From Octopus vulgaris (lineage: Eukaryota): DNA of 64,000 nucleotides. Positions 36,391 to 49,889 of this stretch are shown piece by piece (the stretch's first letter is position 1; every line of letters starts with the position of its first letter). The stretch is from the NCBI GenBank assembly GCA_951406725.2, contig OX597814.1:107942001-108006000 (forward strand), written 5' to 3'. The notes below the pieces were generated by a model that did no database searches, was not told the DNA's origin, and saw nothing but the letters and a program-made list of their open reading frames with translations. The translations under genes and the position numbers were made by a program.

Positions 36391-38490
36391 TGATTTTAAA
36401 TTTTAGCACAACAACAGTCTTAAGTCATTTATACATAGATTGCTTAATTCCCCCTTTTTGTTTTTCTTTGTTTCCTTAGTGAGGTAGTCCGGGGTAAGGA
36501 GTGGGTCTCAATAATTTGATCTTTTATACTTTTAATATTTTGTCCCTTTATTTTTTCCTGTAAAAATATTTTAATAAATATTAACGAGTTTAAAAAAAAC
36601 ATTCTAGTGATATATTCACTTGGAACAGTTTGCTATAAATTCTTAATATCCAAATGATTAAAACCAAAGACCTTACTCTGCTGATGAACTGCTTTCTTGA
36701 AAAGCATTGAAGGAAAAGATTCCTTGTAATAAATATTAATTACTGCAGAGATTTTTTTTTTAGCTGCAGACAACTATTCTGTCATTTTATTCCTTGTCTA
36801 TGATTATTTCTCTCTCATTGTGTGTGAGGGGACCTTCCTTTTACTCATTGTCTGCCAACAAGCCTAGTATGTGCATTAATCCTGAACCTCTTATGTTAAC
36901 TTTTGCTGTGTCTCTTTTGCTCTCTCTCTCTCTCCCACTTTGTATAATGTAAAGTATAACTTGAGGATCCAACCAACCATTTATATTGGCCATTATTACA
37001 CACGCACGCGTGCGAATAAGGACAAAAATAAACAACAAACTGAAAGCTGGAATGAGTTCCCAGTCGGTTCTTTGTTCGACGGAAGAGAAAGTAAATAACG
37101 TTTCGGACATTGTCTTTTTTCAGTTAGCGGTAAAAGAGTAGGAAAAAAACCCAGTAGAAACTGAAAGATGAAGGGGAAAGATAAAAAAGAATAAATGAGG
37201 GCAAATTGTCTGACCAGAAATAACGAGTTGGCTAAATGGGATATTTTTTAACTGGAGTATAGATGTATTGGTGTTTATGTGCGGGTAGTTATATATACAT
37301 TCATACCGCTATGTATATACATCTGTCCATCCATTCATAAAAGTGAAAATAAAAATAGTGTTTTCTATTTGTTCAGTAATTTCCGTAAAAAAGAAAGGAA
37401 GGTTTATTTATTTCTTTTAAATTTTTTCTTCGTGTACTGTTGACGCCGACATTGTCTTTCATGTCCCCGAGCGAGCTGAACAGTGAACACACACACACAC
37501 ACTTTATTTTACGTTTTCACAAATCGCTTGTTTTTGGATTTTTTAATGTGTATATGTTTATGTATGTATGTTGGTTTTACATTTGTATATGTAAGTATTT
37601 ATGTGCATGCGTTTATGTATATAGAATTAAAGAAAACATTTTTACAGAAATTGCCGAACAAATAGATAAGACAGACGATTTTCATTTTCACTTTCATGAT
37701 ACCATCTCCGAAGGAATGCCAAATTGTCTATCAACTGTTTAAACATCAAAAATAGAAATGTGTGTGTTCCGTCCGTTTGTGCAGTCAATATACATTTTTT
37801 TAACTCTTCGTTTGTGTATTTACTATACATTTTTTATTCTTTTATTTGTCATTTGACTGCGGCCATGCTGGAGCACCCTTTTCATTATATATAATAGTTA
37901 GTTGGCTCAATTTACTAGAATTTTTGCAATAACGTAAAAGCTCTTTCTAGGAAGTATTTAACGTAAAAGCTCTTTCTAGGAAGTATCTAAAAGACAGGGA
38001 GATAACTGCAATAAAAGCAGTTAACTGAAACTTTGAAAATATATAGACAAAGCAGATGGGAATATATTTGGGGGAGATCCGGACAATAAGGCAAAAACTT
38101 CCTCAAAATGTTTAAAATCTAAAAACAAGGGGGATAACTGTAACAAAACCAGCTAATTGAAACTTGAAATATCAAGACAACGCAGGCATCATATTTATCC
38201 GATACTCTATTAAAAGATTTATATTTAGAATCTAGAATACTCTACTGGGATGTTATTTATCAGCCATAATGTTATAGAAACACACACACACGAGGTATTC
38301 GAGTAAACGCCGTCCTTTGTCACGTAGGTGCACAGCAACTCCTCGTTCACGTCTGTTTGATCTAGACGGGGCCCAAAAGATTTTTTTTACCCAGTTCCAC
38401 CCCAACCACTCTTCCTAGCTGCAGAGAACCTACCCGTACCGCACACACCGACCGACCCACATGCAGTGTTCGAATGGTATAAGATGACGG

Positions 38491-38725
38491 AAGGCGGTGA
38501 GCTGGCAGAATCATTAGCACGCCGGGCGAAATGCTGAGCAGTATTTCGTCTGCCGTTACGTTCTGAGTTCAAATTCCGCCGAGGTCGACTTTGCCTTTCA
38601 TCCTTTCGGGGTCGATAAATTAAGTACCAGTTACGCACTGGGGTCGATATAATCGACTTAATCCGTTTGTCTGTCCTTGTTTGTCCCCTCTGTGCTTAGC
38701 CCCTGGTGGGTAGTAAAGAAATAGG
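38491..38725 (+). mobile_element. Young SINE family A long-tail copy with 16-bp TSD
   Basis: ggtataagatgacgga at 38476-38491 and 38724-38739. Confidence 0.95.
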
Positions 38726-39169
38726 TATAAGATGACGGAGCAGGACACGAGTGACTATCGGTTGTTTCGGTACATCTTACAAAATGTTTTTCTGAATATC
38801 TACGTTCTGTGAATGTATCGGTTTAACATGGAGTAATTTATACACACACACTGTTATTGTCAACGACTGATACACATACATACACACAAATTAAACTCTC
38901 TCACACTTAGTTGGCAACAACATAACACAGTTGTCCTAAATGGAAGTTAAGAGAGAGAGAGTGTGTGTGTGAAAGGAGGTCAGATGTACTTGAAACAGCG
39001 TCATTCCGGTCATCCTGGGTCTTTGTGTTGCCTCTCTCCTTTACAATTTATACCCTTTTGAGATTGTCACACACCCGTCCTCATTACCCACACCGTTCAC
39101 ACTCTCTAATGAATAAAATAGCTGGCCGATATAAATTTCTATTTTAATTTCATGGCTGACTTTCGTGTT

Positions 39170-39540
39170 TGCCTTTCTCGCTTCTTCCTGTCTTTCTCCC
39201 CCACTGTCTCTCTTTCTTTCTTTCTACCTCCCTCTCTCTCTCTCCATTTCTGTCTGACTTGCTTTCTTCCTTCCTCTCTCCCTCTCTCCATTTCTGCCTG
39301 CCTTGCTTTCTTCCTTCCTCTCTTGCTTTCTCTCTCCTCTTTACCTGTCTTGCCTTCTGTCTCTCTCCCTGCTCTCTTTCTCACCCTCCCTCCCTTCTAC
39401 ATTTCACCGATTCTTTCTCCCTCCTTCGTTGCGTATCTTTCTCTATCTTTCCCCATCTCTCTCACCCTCCGTCTTCCTTTTTCTCCCCCCCCCACGCTTT
39501 TCTCTCTATTTCTCTCTCTCTCTCTGTTCCTCATTCACTC
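39170..39540. repeat. CT-rich low-complexity tract
   Basis: Direct reading; explains the L/S/P/F-rich ORFs. Confidence 0.9.
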
Positions 39541-39863
39541 ACACCACTACTCACTCATGTCGTCACAACTCGTCCATGAATGAAGCCGGGAAGGAAGGAA
39601 GCTGAAGGCGGGAATCTGATGAAATAAAATGATAAAAATCTCTTGTTTAAACAACATTACGCAATGGCACGGGAACGGCTCCAGCTTCCTTCGTAATTCT
39701 TCTACAATTAGATACGACGGAACTTAATTAGATTTTTATTATTAACTTTTTCTGAAGAAAAAAAAAATGCAGATCAATACTTCTGAAGAATTATATACAT
39801 ATGTGTTAATGTGTGTATATATGCATGTGTATACGTATGTGTATATATGTCTATATCTATCTA

Positions 39864-39895
<32 letters not shown>

Positions 39896-40244
39896 CATAC
39901 ACACACACACAATCTTTATACATCTTAATGTGTATATGTTTATAAGGGCCTTACTGGATGGAGGAACGTTACTTCAAATCAGATTTGGCCCATGTGGGGT
40001 CTGCCAAAGGCATTTACGGTGCCTGCCAAGTGGTGATGCTAAACCAAATGACGGATGAAGTTTGTCACCCCCCCCCAAAAAAAAAACCCAGACGACGGAT
40101 TAAATTTATCCCCCACCTCCATGTAGGTCTTTTGCAGGATATGAACTAAGAACGCAAGGAACCAGAACAAATACTTGAAGACATCTGATCCTTACTGTTC
40201 CACCAGTCTATCGCCTTGGATTGATATTGGTATCCCGCTGGAAT

Positions 40245-40603
40245 TCTTTTATTTGTTTCAGTCATTTGACTGCGACCATGCTGGAGCACCGCCTTTAGTC
40301 GAACAGATCGCCCCAGGACTTATTCTTCGTAAGCCTGGTACTTATTCTATCGGTCTCTTTTTACCGAACCTCTGAGTTACGGGGACGTAACCACCAACAT
40401 CGGTGGGGGATAAACACACACACACACATCTACCGACCTACCTACCTACAACGGACTTCTTTCAGTTTCCGTCTACCAAATCCACTCACGAGGCTTTGGT
40501 CGGCCTGAGGCTATAGTACAAGACACTTGCCCAAAGTGGAACTGAACCCAGGGCTATGTGGTTGGTAAGCAAACTACTTACCATACAGCCACTCCTGCGC
40601 CTA
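40245..40603 (-). mobile_element. SINE family B
   Basis: Matches 12187-12592. Confidence 0.85.
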
Positions 40604-40689
40604 TGGAATGTGTAAAAAAAATAACTGCTGAGCTCACACACATACATACTGACACATCACAATTTTTTTTTCAAAATTTCAGCTGAGCA

Positions 40690-41410
40690 TTCTTACACAT
40701 GTGCCCCCTCCGCCCCGGAATTTGTTTCCTCATAACTTCCAGAAAATTGGTTATTTTTTAACGAAAATTTCTACAAATGCATTTCAGATGGTATAAATTC
40801 TGATTATATTGGAATTTGTTGTGAAAAAAGTTTTGTATGGGTGGGAAGAAGAGTTTTAGAAAATTCTCACAAATTGGCTGCTTTGTTTTGTTGTAACTTC
40901 CAGACAAATGGGTTTTTTAAAAAGAAATTCTCTACAAATATTTTTCAGAGTGTGTAAATTAAGATTATATCGGAATTTGTTGTGAAAAGAAAAACAGTGA
41001 GCACGCACTCATACATACTGACACACATCATAATTTTTTTCCAAAATTTCAAATTTCATTTTGTAGATATATATTTGATATGTGTCAATATGTATGTGTA
41101 AAAGTCCACCAAATTTGGTTTTCATATTAAATTCCAATATAACTGAAATCTACACACTCTGAAAGATAATTTTAGAAAATTTCATTAAAAATTACCCATT
41201 TTACTGAAAGCTATGACAAAAGAAAGGAGACTTGTGTGAATTTTCGAAAACTCTTCACCATGCCATTGGAAAAAATTTTCTTGCCATATATTCCAATGAA
41301 ATCAGAATGTACACTTCTGAAGCATATTTGTAGGAAATTTCATTAAAAAATATCCATTTTGCTGTAAGTTATGAGGAAACAAAGTCAAATGGGGGTGGGT
41401 GCACACTTGC
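40690..41410. mobile_element. Fold-back element with internally repeated ~140-bp inverted arms
   Basis: tttgtttcctcataacttccagaaaattgg / ccattttgctgtaagttatgaggaaacaaa; related pieces at 20310 and 20817. Confidence 0.65.
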
Positions 41411-41842
41411 ATAAGTATTCTTCTCTGCCCATTTTATATTTTATTATCGACCCTCAAGAATAAGTAAGGTAACCTCAGTGGGATTTGAACTCAGAACAGC
41501 AGGTGTCAAACCAAACACTTAAACTTTTGACAAATCGGTTGGTGAACACTTGAGATGTGTCACCTATGGAATATTTTTATTGGTTTAAACTTCCACCACC
41601 TCCTGGGTCGATGGAACTAAATACAGTACCAACTATATAATGATGTCAGTTTGACTATGTTCCTGCTCTAAATTGTGACTGATGGAAATCCTTATTATTA
41701 AATATTGCAGCAAGCTGGCAGAAATGTTGGTGCTGCAAACAAAATGCTTAATGGCGTTTCTTTTGGTTCCTCCTTGCTGTGTTCAAAATCCACAAAGGTC
41801 AACTTTGCTTTCATCCTTTGGTGGGGGTCAATAAAATAAGTA

Positions 41843-42387
41843 CAATGATATGTCACTTCATGAGGACCCGTTTTACGAGACCCCAGGTTTACAAGTTTTG
41901 TTTTGCAGCTCACTTTTGAATGGTGAGCTGAACGAAATACAAAAGTTTCTACTACCATAACAAATGGCTTCAGTATGTTATCAAGAAATTTATAGAGAGC
42001 GAAAAATGTTCCTTCTAAGCAAACAACTCTAGACTTGTTTTTCAAAAAGAAATCTACAAGTGCTTGTGAATTGGCGATCACATCTACAAGTGATGGTGTG
42101 CGCGAGTCTAGTGTGAATGAAAGTGATTCAGAAAACAATAATAATATTTTTTTATTATAAATGATCTTAACATTCTTTTTATTTTCCATAGCATATTCTT
42201 TACATTTTACTGTTATTTTATTGTCATTTGTTTATGAGTGTTACAAATTTTATTGGTAAGATATTCTTCTGGGAACAAATTACAATTTATAACATTGCTA
42301 CTATGGTAAATTCTGCACTGCTTTACGTGTTTTGGCTTCACAAGCAGACTCCAGGAACAAATTAACCTGTATATCCAGGCATTACTG
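41843..42387. mobile_element. pogo/Tigger-like non-autonomous element inserted at TA within a family A SINE
   Basis: ta|caatgat...attactg|ta; SINE sequence resumes on both sides (41710-41842, 42390-42470). Confidence 0.55.
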
Positions 42388-43709
42388 TATAATCTGGAGG
42401 TCAGTGTAATTGACTTACTGTTTCCCTAAAATTGCTGGCCTTGTGGAAAAATTTGAACGGATTACTATTATTGTAATTATACCAATAAAGGTGGCACGTA
42501 AGAAACATCATTCAAGCATGGTTGATGCCAGTGCTGCCTGACTAGCTTCCATGCTGGTGGCACGTAAAAAGTACCGTTTGAGTGTGGTCAATGCCGGTGT
42601 CGCCTCATTGGCCCATGTGCCGGTAGCACATAAAAAGCACCCACTGCATTCTCAGAATGAAGTGGTTGGTGTTAGGAAGAGCATCCATCTGTAGATCAGT
42701 TTGGAGCCTGGTACAGCCTTCTAGCTTGCCAGTCCTCAGTCAAACTAGTTAACCCATGCCAGTATGGATAGTGGGCATTAAACAAAGATGATGACGATGA
42801 TTATTCTGGTGGTGAACTGGCAGAATCATGACCATTCCAGACAAAATCATGAGCATCTCTTCTAGTGCTTCATGGTCTTTTTGTCCAAATCTTGCCAAGA
42901 TCAGCTTTGGTTTTCATCCTTTTCTGATCAATAAAAAAAAGCTATTGTTTGAACAGTGGAGTCAATATGGTTGACTTACCCAGCCCCTTAAATTGCTGAC
43001 CTTGTGCAAAAGTTTGAGACTATCAGTTGGTATTCCTTTTGGCTCCTTTAAAGTGTAAGTTCAAGGTCAGCTTTTATCCATCCAAGGTTGATAAAATAAA
43101 GTAACAGTCAAGTATTGGAGTCGTCAGTTTCCACCAAGGTGCTTTCCTAAAATTTCAGGCTTTGTGCTGAAAACTGAAAGCATTTATCTTTTAAAATAGA
43201 TGTAAGTTTTGAAAATTAGAATTTCCTGAAAATTGTGATATTTAAAAATTTCATTTTACTAAGACCCATACAGATGCACGAGGCAGACAAGGATACATAC
43301 ACAAATATGTATACATGTATTTTGCAGACACATATGGTCCGGGCTCACATGTATGTGTACAAGTATGGTGCAAATTTACATGTACGCATATGTATATCTA
43401 CATGGTTGATGCAAACACACTAACATGCATATAGAACTTGAAAAAGAAAAAAATTTATACATGTGACACCGCTACACATACTGCACATCCCACCCCCACA
43501 GGAGGAGCACATTAATAATACACGCTTTCCTCACTTCAAGACAACTCTTGCTGGCTTCACAGCAGACCTTTCCAAGGGACATGACTCCTAAACCAATCCC
43601 TTTGGTCCCTTTTTTGTTCCATCATCTTTTCCACAGCAGTCACTGACCAATTGTGCTAATCCACCTCCAGTAATACAGAGCATTCGCCATATTCCCTTCC
43701 ATATCAACT

Positions 43710-43792
43710 AACTCTGATGAGCGTAAAGTTATATAATCAGTTTGTTATCTAACACTCCATTGTATTCTTTATGCGAAACCAATTAGTAATAT
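43710..43792 (+). ncRNA. Hammerhead motif with decayed stem I
   Basis: CTGATGA-gcgtaaag...ctttatgc-GAAA-ccaattag-TA; 8-bp stem II base with canonical G10.1-C11.1. Confidence 0.6.
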
Positions 43793-43837
43793 CGGCCATG
43801 GTGGATATTTAATACTATACATTTCAGATAATATATC

Positions 43838-45746
43838 ATCATCATCATCATCATTTAACGTCCGCTTTCCATGCTAGCATGGGTTGGACGGTTCAACTGG
43901 GGTCTGGGGAGCCCGAAAGCTGCACCAGTCCAGTCAGATCTGGCAGTGTTTCTACAGCTGGATGCCCTTCCTAACGCCAACCACTCCGAGAGTGTAGTGG
44001 GTGATTTTATGTGCCACCGACACAGGTGCCAGACGAGGCTGGCAAACAGCCACGCTCGGATGGTGTTTTTTATGTGCCACCGACACAGGTGCCAGACGAG
44101 GCTGGCAGACGGCCACGCTCGGATGGTGTTTTTATGTGCCACCGACACAGGTGCCAGATGAGGCTGGCAAACGGCCACGATCGGATGGTGTTTGTTACGT
44201 GCCCACAGCACGGAGGCCAGTCGATGCGGTACTGGCTACGGCCACGTTCGGATGGTTTTCTTGTGTGCCACGTGCCACCGGCACTGGTACCACAAAGATA
44301 CAAATTCCATTGATGTTCATCTATTTTGATTTGTTTTGATTTTCACTTGCCTCAACAGGTCTTCACAAGTGTCACAAGAAGGAAGGTATGCACAGGTGGA
44401 CTGACTACGTCCCAGGTAGGGCCCACAGGTTATGGCCTGACTAGTCTTGCCGGGTCTTCGGATGGTGTTTTTATGTGCCACCGACACAGGTGCCAGATGA
44501 GGCTGGCGAACGGCCACGATCGGATGGTGTTTGTTACGTGCCCACAGCACGGAGGCCAGTCGGTGCGGTACTGGCTACGGCCACGTTCGGATGGTTTTCT
44601 TGTGTGCCACCGGCACTGCAAAGATACAATTCCATTAATGTTCATCTATTTTGATTTGTTTTGATTTGATTTGATTTGATTTGTTTTGATTTCATTTTGA
44701 TTTTCACTTGCCTCAACAGGCCTTCACAAGTATCACAAGGAGGAAGGTATGCACAGGTGGACTGACTATGTCCCAGGTAGGGGCCATGGGATATGGCCTG
44801 ACTAGTCTTGCCGGGTCTTCGGATGGTGTTTTTATGTGCCACCGACACAGGTGCTAGATGAGGCTGGCGAACGGCCACGATCGGATGGTGTTTGTTATGT
44901 GCCCACAGCACGATGAGTCGCCAGTCGATGCGGTACTGGCTACGGCCTGACTTTCGGATGGTGTTTTTATGTGCTCTTGTGTGCCACAGCGGAGCCAGTC
45001 GATGCGGTACTGGCTAGATGGTTTTCTCTTGTGTGCCACCAGCACTGGTACCACAAAGATACAAATTCCATTCATGTTCATCTATTTTGATTTGTTTTGA
45101 TTTGATTTTGATTTTCACTTGCCTCAACAGGCCTTCACAAGTATCACAAGGAGGAAGGAGGAAGGTGTGCACAGGTGGACTGACTACGTCCCAGGTAGGG
45201 GCCATGGGTTATGGCCTGACTAGTCTTGCCGGGTCTTCGGATGGTGTTTTTATGTGCCACCGACACAGGTGCTAGATGAGGCTGGCGAACGGCCACGACC
45301 GGATGGTGTTTGTTATGTGCCCACAGCACGATGGCCAGTGATGCGGTACTGACTACGGCCACGTTCGGATGGATTCTTGTGTGCCACCGGCACTGCACTG
45401 ACTACGGCCACGTTCGGATGGATTCTTGTGTGCCACCACAAAGATACAAATTCCATTGATGTTCATCTATTTTGATTTGTTTTGATTTTCACTTGCCTCA
45501 ACAGGTCTTCACAAGTGTCGCAAGAAGGAAGGTATGTACAGGTGGACTGACTACGTCCCAGGTAGGGCCCACCGGTTATGACCTGACTAGTCTTGCCGGG
45601 TCTTCGGATGGTGTTTTTATGTGCCACCATGTTCCCACAGCACGGAGGCCAGTCGATGCGGTACTGGCTACGGCCACGTTCGGATGGTTTTCTTGTGTGC
45701 CACAGGCACTGGTACCACAAAGATACAAATTCCATTGATGTTCATC
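43838..45746 (-). repeat. Tandemly amplified RTE 3' end (units ~360-420 bp, with ~52-bp subrepeats)
   Basis: Junction ctagtcttgccgggtcttc|ggatggtg at 44441, 44802, 45220 and 45587; single (TGA)n tail at 43838. Confidence 0.9.
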
Positions 45747-45814
45747 TGTGTCTATATATACAGATGCATTGTTGTAGAACTCTGTAGAGAGAGATGCACG
45801 TATACTCTACTCTT

Positions 45815-46430
45815 TTTTTTACCTGTTTCAGTCTTTTGACTGTGACCATGCTGGAGCATGGCCTTTAGTCAAACAAATCGATTTCAGGACTTATTCTTTG
45901 TAAGCCTGGTACTTATTCTATTGGTCTCCTTTGCGAAACTGCTAAGTTATGGGAATGTAAACAGACTAACATCGGTTGTCAAGCAAATGTGCGGGGTGGG
46001 GTGGGGGCAAACACAGACACACACATATATCATCATCATCGTTTAATGTCCGTTTTCCGCGCTGGCACGGGTTGGACGGTTCAACTGGTGTCTGGGAAGC
46101 CAGGAGGCTGCACCAGGCTCCAGTCTGATCTGGCAATGTTTCTACAGCTGGATGCCCTTCCTAACGACAACCACTCCGTGAGTGTAGTGGGTGCTTTTTA
46201 CGTGCCACTGGTACAGAAGCCAGTCAAGGCGGCGCTGCCATCGGCCACGTTTGGATGGTGCTTTTTACGTGCCACACATGCACGCACGCACGACAGGCTT
46301 CTTTCAGTTTATCTCTACCAAATCCACTCACAAAGCTTTTAGTTGGCCTGAAGCTATAGTAGAAGACACTTGCCCAAGGTACCATGCAGTAGGACTGAAC
46401 TTGGAACCATGTAGTTGGGAAGCAAGCTAC
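45815..46430 (-). mobile_element. SINE family B with an RTE 3' tail (46030-46275) nested in its microsatellite
   Basis: Module order tail / RTE tail / head. Confidence 0.8.
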
Positions 46431-47647
46431 TTTATTTCAAAATTTTGCCAGAAAGGCATCACACACAGGGAGTAGCTTGCAGGCTGGACAAAAACATTGA
46501 TGAGATAAATGATGAAAAAGGATGATATTGATGGGAGAAGACAAAAGACACCTGCTGATTTTTTTGCTTCTCTAAAATATTATTCTTTTTGCTTTTTTAC
46601 ACAGTAAAAACAAGATGCAGTATTAAACCTCTTACTTTAGTTCCATAGTTCATCATGAATTGAGGCTCTGAGCCTCTTACAAACAATAAACTCAAAGCAC
46701 AAAACAAAACAACAGACCAAGGCATTAAACCTTTTACTTTAATTTTGATACACAATACGAGGCACTAAGCCTCTTAATTTTTCCACCCCACTGTCACCTG
46801 ACCAGGCTCAGTGACAAACTGAAGCACCTAGATGGTGTTAGGTCAGAACTTTTTGGTAAAAAGTGAAATGTGTCCTCAGGGAAGGACTTTATTATCTCAA
46901 ACAAGTTCTTTTCCCACACGACCTCCGCAGCTACCTGTGGAGGCCAATCAGGGTTCTTGATACAGGTACTCATTCCTTCTCATCGACTTTTTTTATTAAA
47001 CTTTTTAATCATTTTTTAAATTTCCCCTCCCCTGTGGCACAGGACTACAAATTCCTCCTCTACATAGGGAGAGTCCTCAAATCCCCCTTCTGGTGGCACA
47101 ATTCCCACCGAAGCGACTTCAGGACATGCCAGCAGTGTACTAGCAAGCTACTTACCACACAGCCACTCCTGCACCTAAATGTCCTAAATTTCAAAATTAA
47201 ATCTCTAATGTATGTGCATGTGTATATTTGTATGTATGTATGCATGGATATGAATGTATGTATATTAATTGTAGACTGCTGTAATTAATTCTCCAGTATT
47301 GATCACTTGTTCATTAGTTCATTATCAACCCATATACATATGTTCTAATTTTCATTGTTTCATTCTGGTTCTTTTCACTAGCCTGGGTATATAAGTGTAC
47401 TTCTAGCATTGAAGAAGCCATTAACTTCCAACCAGGGTATCTAAAGAGTCTTGAAATTGCAATACACACTTACAAAGCAACAGTAACATTCTGACCTTTT
47501 CTATGCCATAACCACTAATAGCCTGCTTGAAGACATAAATATATAACTGCTCTTTGGCTCATATTGAGTATGAATAAATAAGCATTACATTTGACTGAAT
47601 AATCTAAATGCTAAAGAACACTCGTCAAGCAAATTCAATTTTGTTAG

Positions 47648-48210
47648 ACTGCGAAGACCTGTTGAGGCAAGTGAAATCAAAATCAAATTCGATGACTGGC
47701 ACCTGTGCTAGCGGGGTGCAAAGAGCACCATATGAGAGTGATCATTGACAGAGCGGCTAACCAGCTTCCATGCCAGTGGCACATAAAAGGCACCATTTGA
47801 GCATGATCGTTACCAGTGTTGCCTTACTGGCACTTTAGCCCCGTGCTAGTAGGGTGCTAAGAGCACCATCCGAGCGTGATCGTTGCCAGAGCAGCCAACT
47901 GGCTACCATGCCGGTGGCACGTAAAAGGTACCATTCGAGTGTGATCATTACCAGCGTCGCCTTACTGGCACCTGTGCCGGTGGCATGTGTAAAAAGATTC
48001 AAACAAGGTCGTTGCCAGTACCGCCTGACTGGCCCCCATGCTAGTGGCACGTAAAAAGCACCCACTACACTCTTGGAGTGGTTGGCATTAGGAAGGGCAT
48101 CCAGCTGTAGAAACTCTGCCAGATCAGATTGGAGCCTGGTTCACCAGCCCTCAGTCAAATCGTCCAATCCATGTTAGCATGGAAAGCAGACGTTAAATGA
48201 TGATGATGAT
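47648..48210 (+). mobile_element. RTE 3' UTR with ~57-bp subrepeats
   Basis: gtggcacgtaaaag repeats, ggaagggcatccagctgtagaaac, (TGA)n. Confidence 0.85.
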
Positions 48211-49167
48211 ATAATCCATTAGAGTGGAAACATGTCCATAGCAATGAGCCTTTCCTCCTTACAAAAGACATTTTCTTAGCATGGAAATAAATATTCCTGT
48301 TAAATTGACTCATTATGTCTTAAAATTGTCTCCCCTTTTTTTTTCCACTCTCCAATTAAGAGGCAAATTACAATTAAAAGACTACCAGATTGTCTGTCTC
48401 TTTACCAATCTATCCAGGGTATCTGCTTTGTTTAGCTCTGCAGAAGAATAGGGTAGCATATGGCTACTTATCAAAAATGCTGAGTAACACGAGCAGATTT
48501 GACTTACTTTCATATCAGTACATTAACAATAAATTATTTGCAATTTTCACACGCTCTCTTTCTCTCTCTTTTCTCTCTTCCTCTTTCTCTCTTTTCTCTC
48601 TTCCTCTCTCTCTCTCTCTTTCTCTCTCTCTGATTACTTAATTATCATGTGACCAGCAAACACAATGACAAGCAAATAACTGAAATTGGTGAATGATATT
48701 CAAAACATTTTGCTAAGATATGTTTTATCTCTCCCTACAGTAAAAGGAATAAATCCTCTCTTGATAAACTGGCTAAAACCAGACAGAGCTGGCCCGGTTG
48801 GGTTGTTCTTATTTGGTCAACACAGACTTGTACTTTTCTGTTGGGAAACAAATCTTAACCACACAGCTATGCTTCCACACACACGTGCACGTGTGTATTT
48901 GTTTCTTTCATATTTTTTCTCTTGTTTCAGTCACTATACTGTGGCCATGCTGGGCACTACCTCGAAGAATTTTTGGTCAAATGAATCGACCTCAGGACTT
49001 ATGTTTTTAAGCCTGGAACTTATTGTTGAGTGGTGGTAGGAGTTATAATTACAAAGACACACACGTATGCACACACACACACATGCACACGAGGGGAAAT
49101 CAAACATCCGCACTTTTGCCATAACACATCTTTATTATCATCACACTGCATTCTCTGCGTATGCGTG

Positions 49168-49694
49168 TTTATAGTTGGTGCTATTGTGGTCACGGGATCG
49201 GACTTTGAGCCTGATTGCAACATTTTTCTTTCTGGCTTTACAAAGTAAGCACAACCGCTCCACTAGCAATGTGCACCAAAGGACAGCAATGAGCAGAGAT
49301 TCAATTTCTCTGGTCAGAAGGTGTCTCAGGAGTTGAAATTCATCAGAGGCTTTTGGTACATTTGGTTAATGGTTTCAATGGTCTGGGTAGCTGTGTGTGA
49401 GCATGAACTGTCATGTAACAAAAAAATTTTCTTTGACATTAGGCTTTGGCGTTTGGTGCAAATTGTTGGCTTCAGTTTGTTGGCCAGCAAAGCACTGTAT
49501 CATGCACTTGTCATTGTACACATCTTTTCCAGCGCCTGAAATACCTTCCGACCAGAGAATTTGGATCACTGCTCATTGTTCTTCTTTGGTGCACACTGCT
49601 AGTGGAGTGGCCATGCTTACACTGTAGAGCCAGAAAGAGAAATGGTGTGATCAGGTTCGAAGTTCAATCACGTGACCACAATAATACCAATTAT
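49168..49694. mobile_element. Old fold-back element with ~160-bp diverged inverted arms
   Basis: ccactagcaatgtgcaccaaagga / tctttggtgcacactgctagtgg; tattgtggtcacg / cgtgaccacaata. Confidence 0.75.
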
Positions 49695-49889
49695 ACGCAA
49701 GCATGTGCAGAAGGCAGTGTGACAATAATGATATGTTATGGCAAAAGTACAGATAATTTTTGACTTTCCTTGATATATATTACAAGCTTCTTTCAGTTTC
49801 CATCTCCCAAGAGATGTACAAATTTGTTCTTCACAACTCCTGGACCTGCTTTCAGAAATGATCCATCCCATTCTTATAAAAATGATAAC

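Noticed and set aside
36670-36715. CTGATGA plus hairpin (also near-matches at 35697, 37100 and 47408)
   Set aside because: Core mismatches (GAAG, TTGA, CTGAAAA) and no stem I; may be decayed remnants but are indistinguishable from chance
39139-39605. Hydrophobic and R/E/K-rich ORFs
   Set aside because: CT-rich low-complexity sequence
43990-44290. CRISPR-like repeat array
   Set aside because: Intervening sequences are mutually homologous minisatellite units in an RTE UTR; eukaryotic context, no cas genes
46863-47140. GC-richer ORF-like patch
   Set aside because: Stops in the more protein-like minus frame and no motif recognised; likely an old TE fragment
47650-47690. CTGTTGAG...GAAA in the RTE 3' UTR as a hammerhead (also 4069, 44350)
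   Set aside because: Invariant A6 is replaced and no stems I-III can be formed
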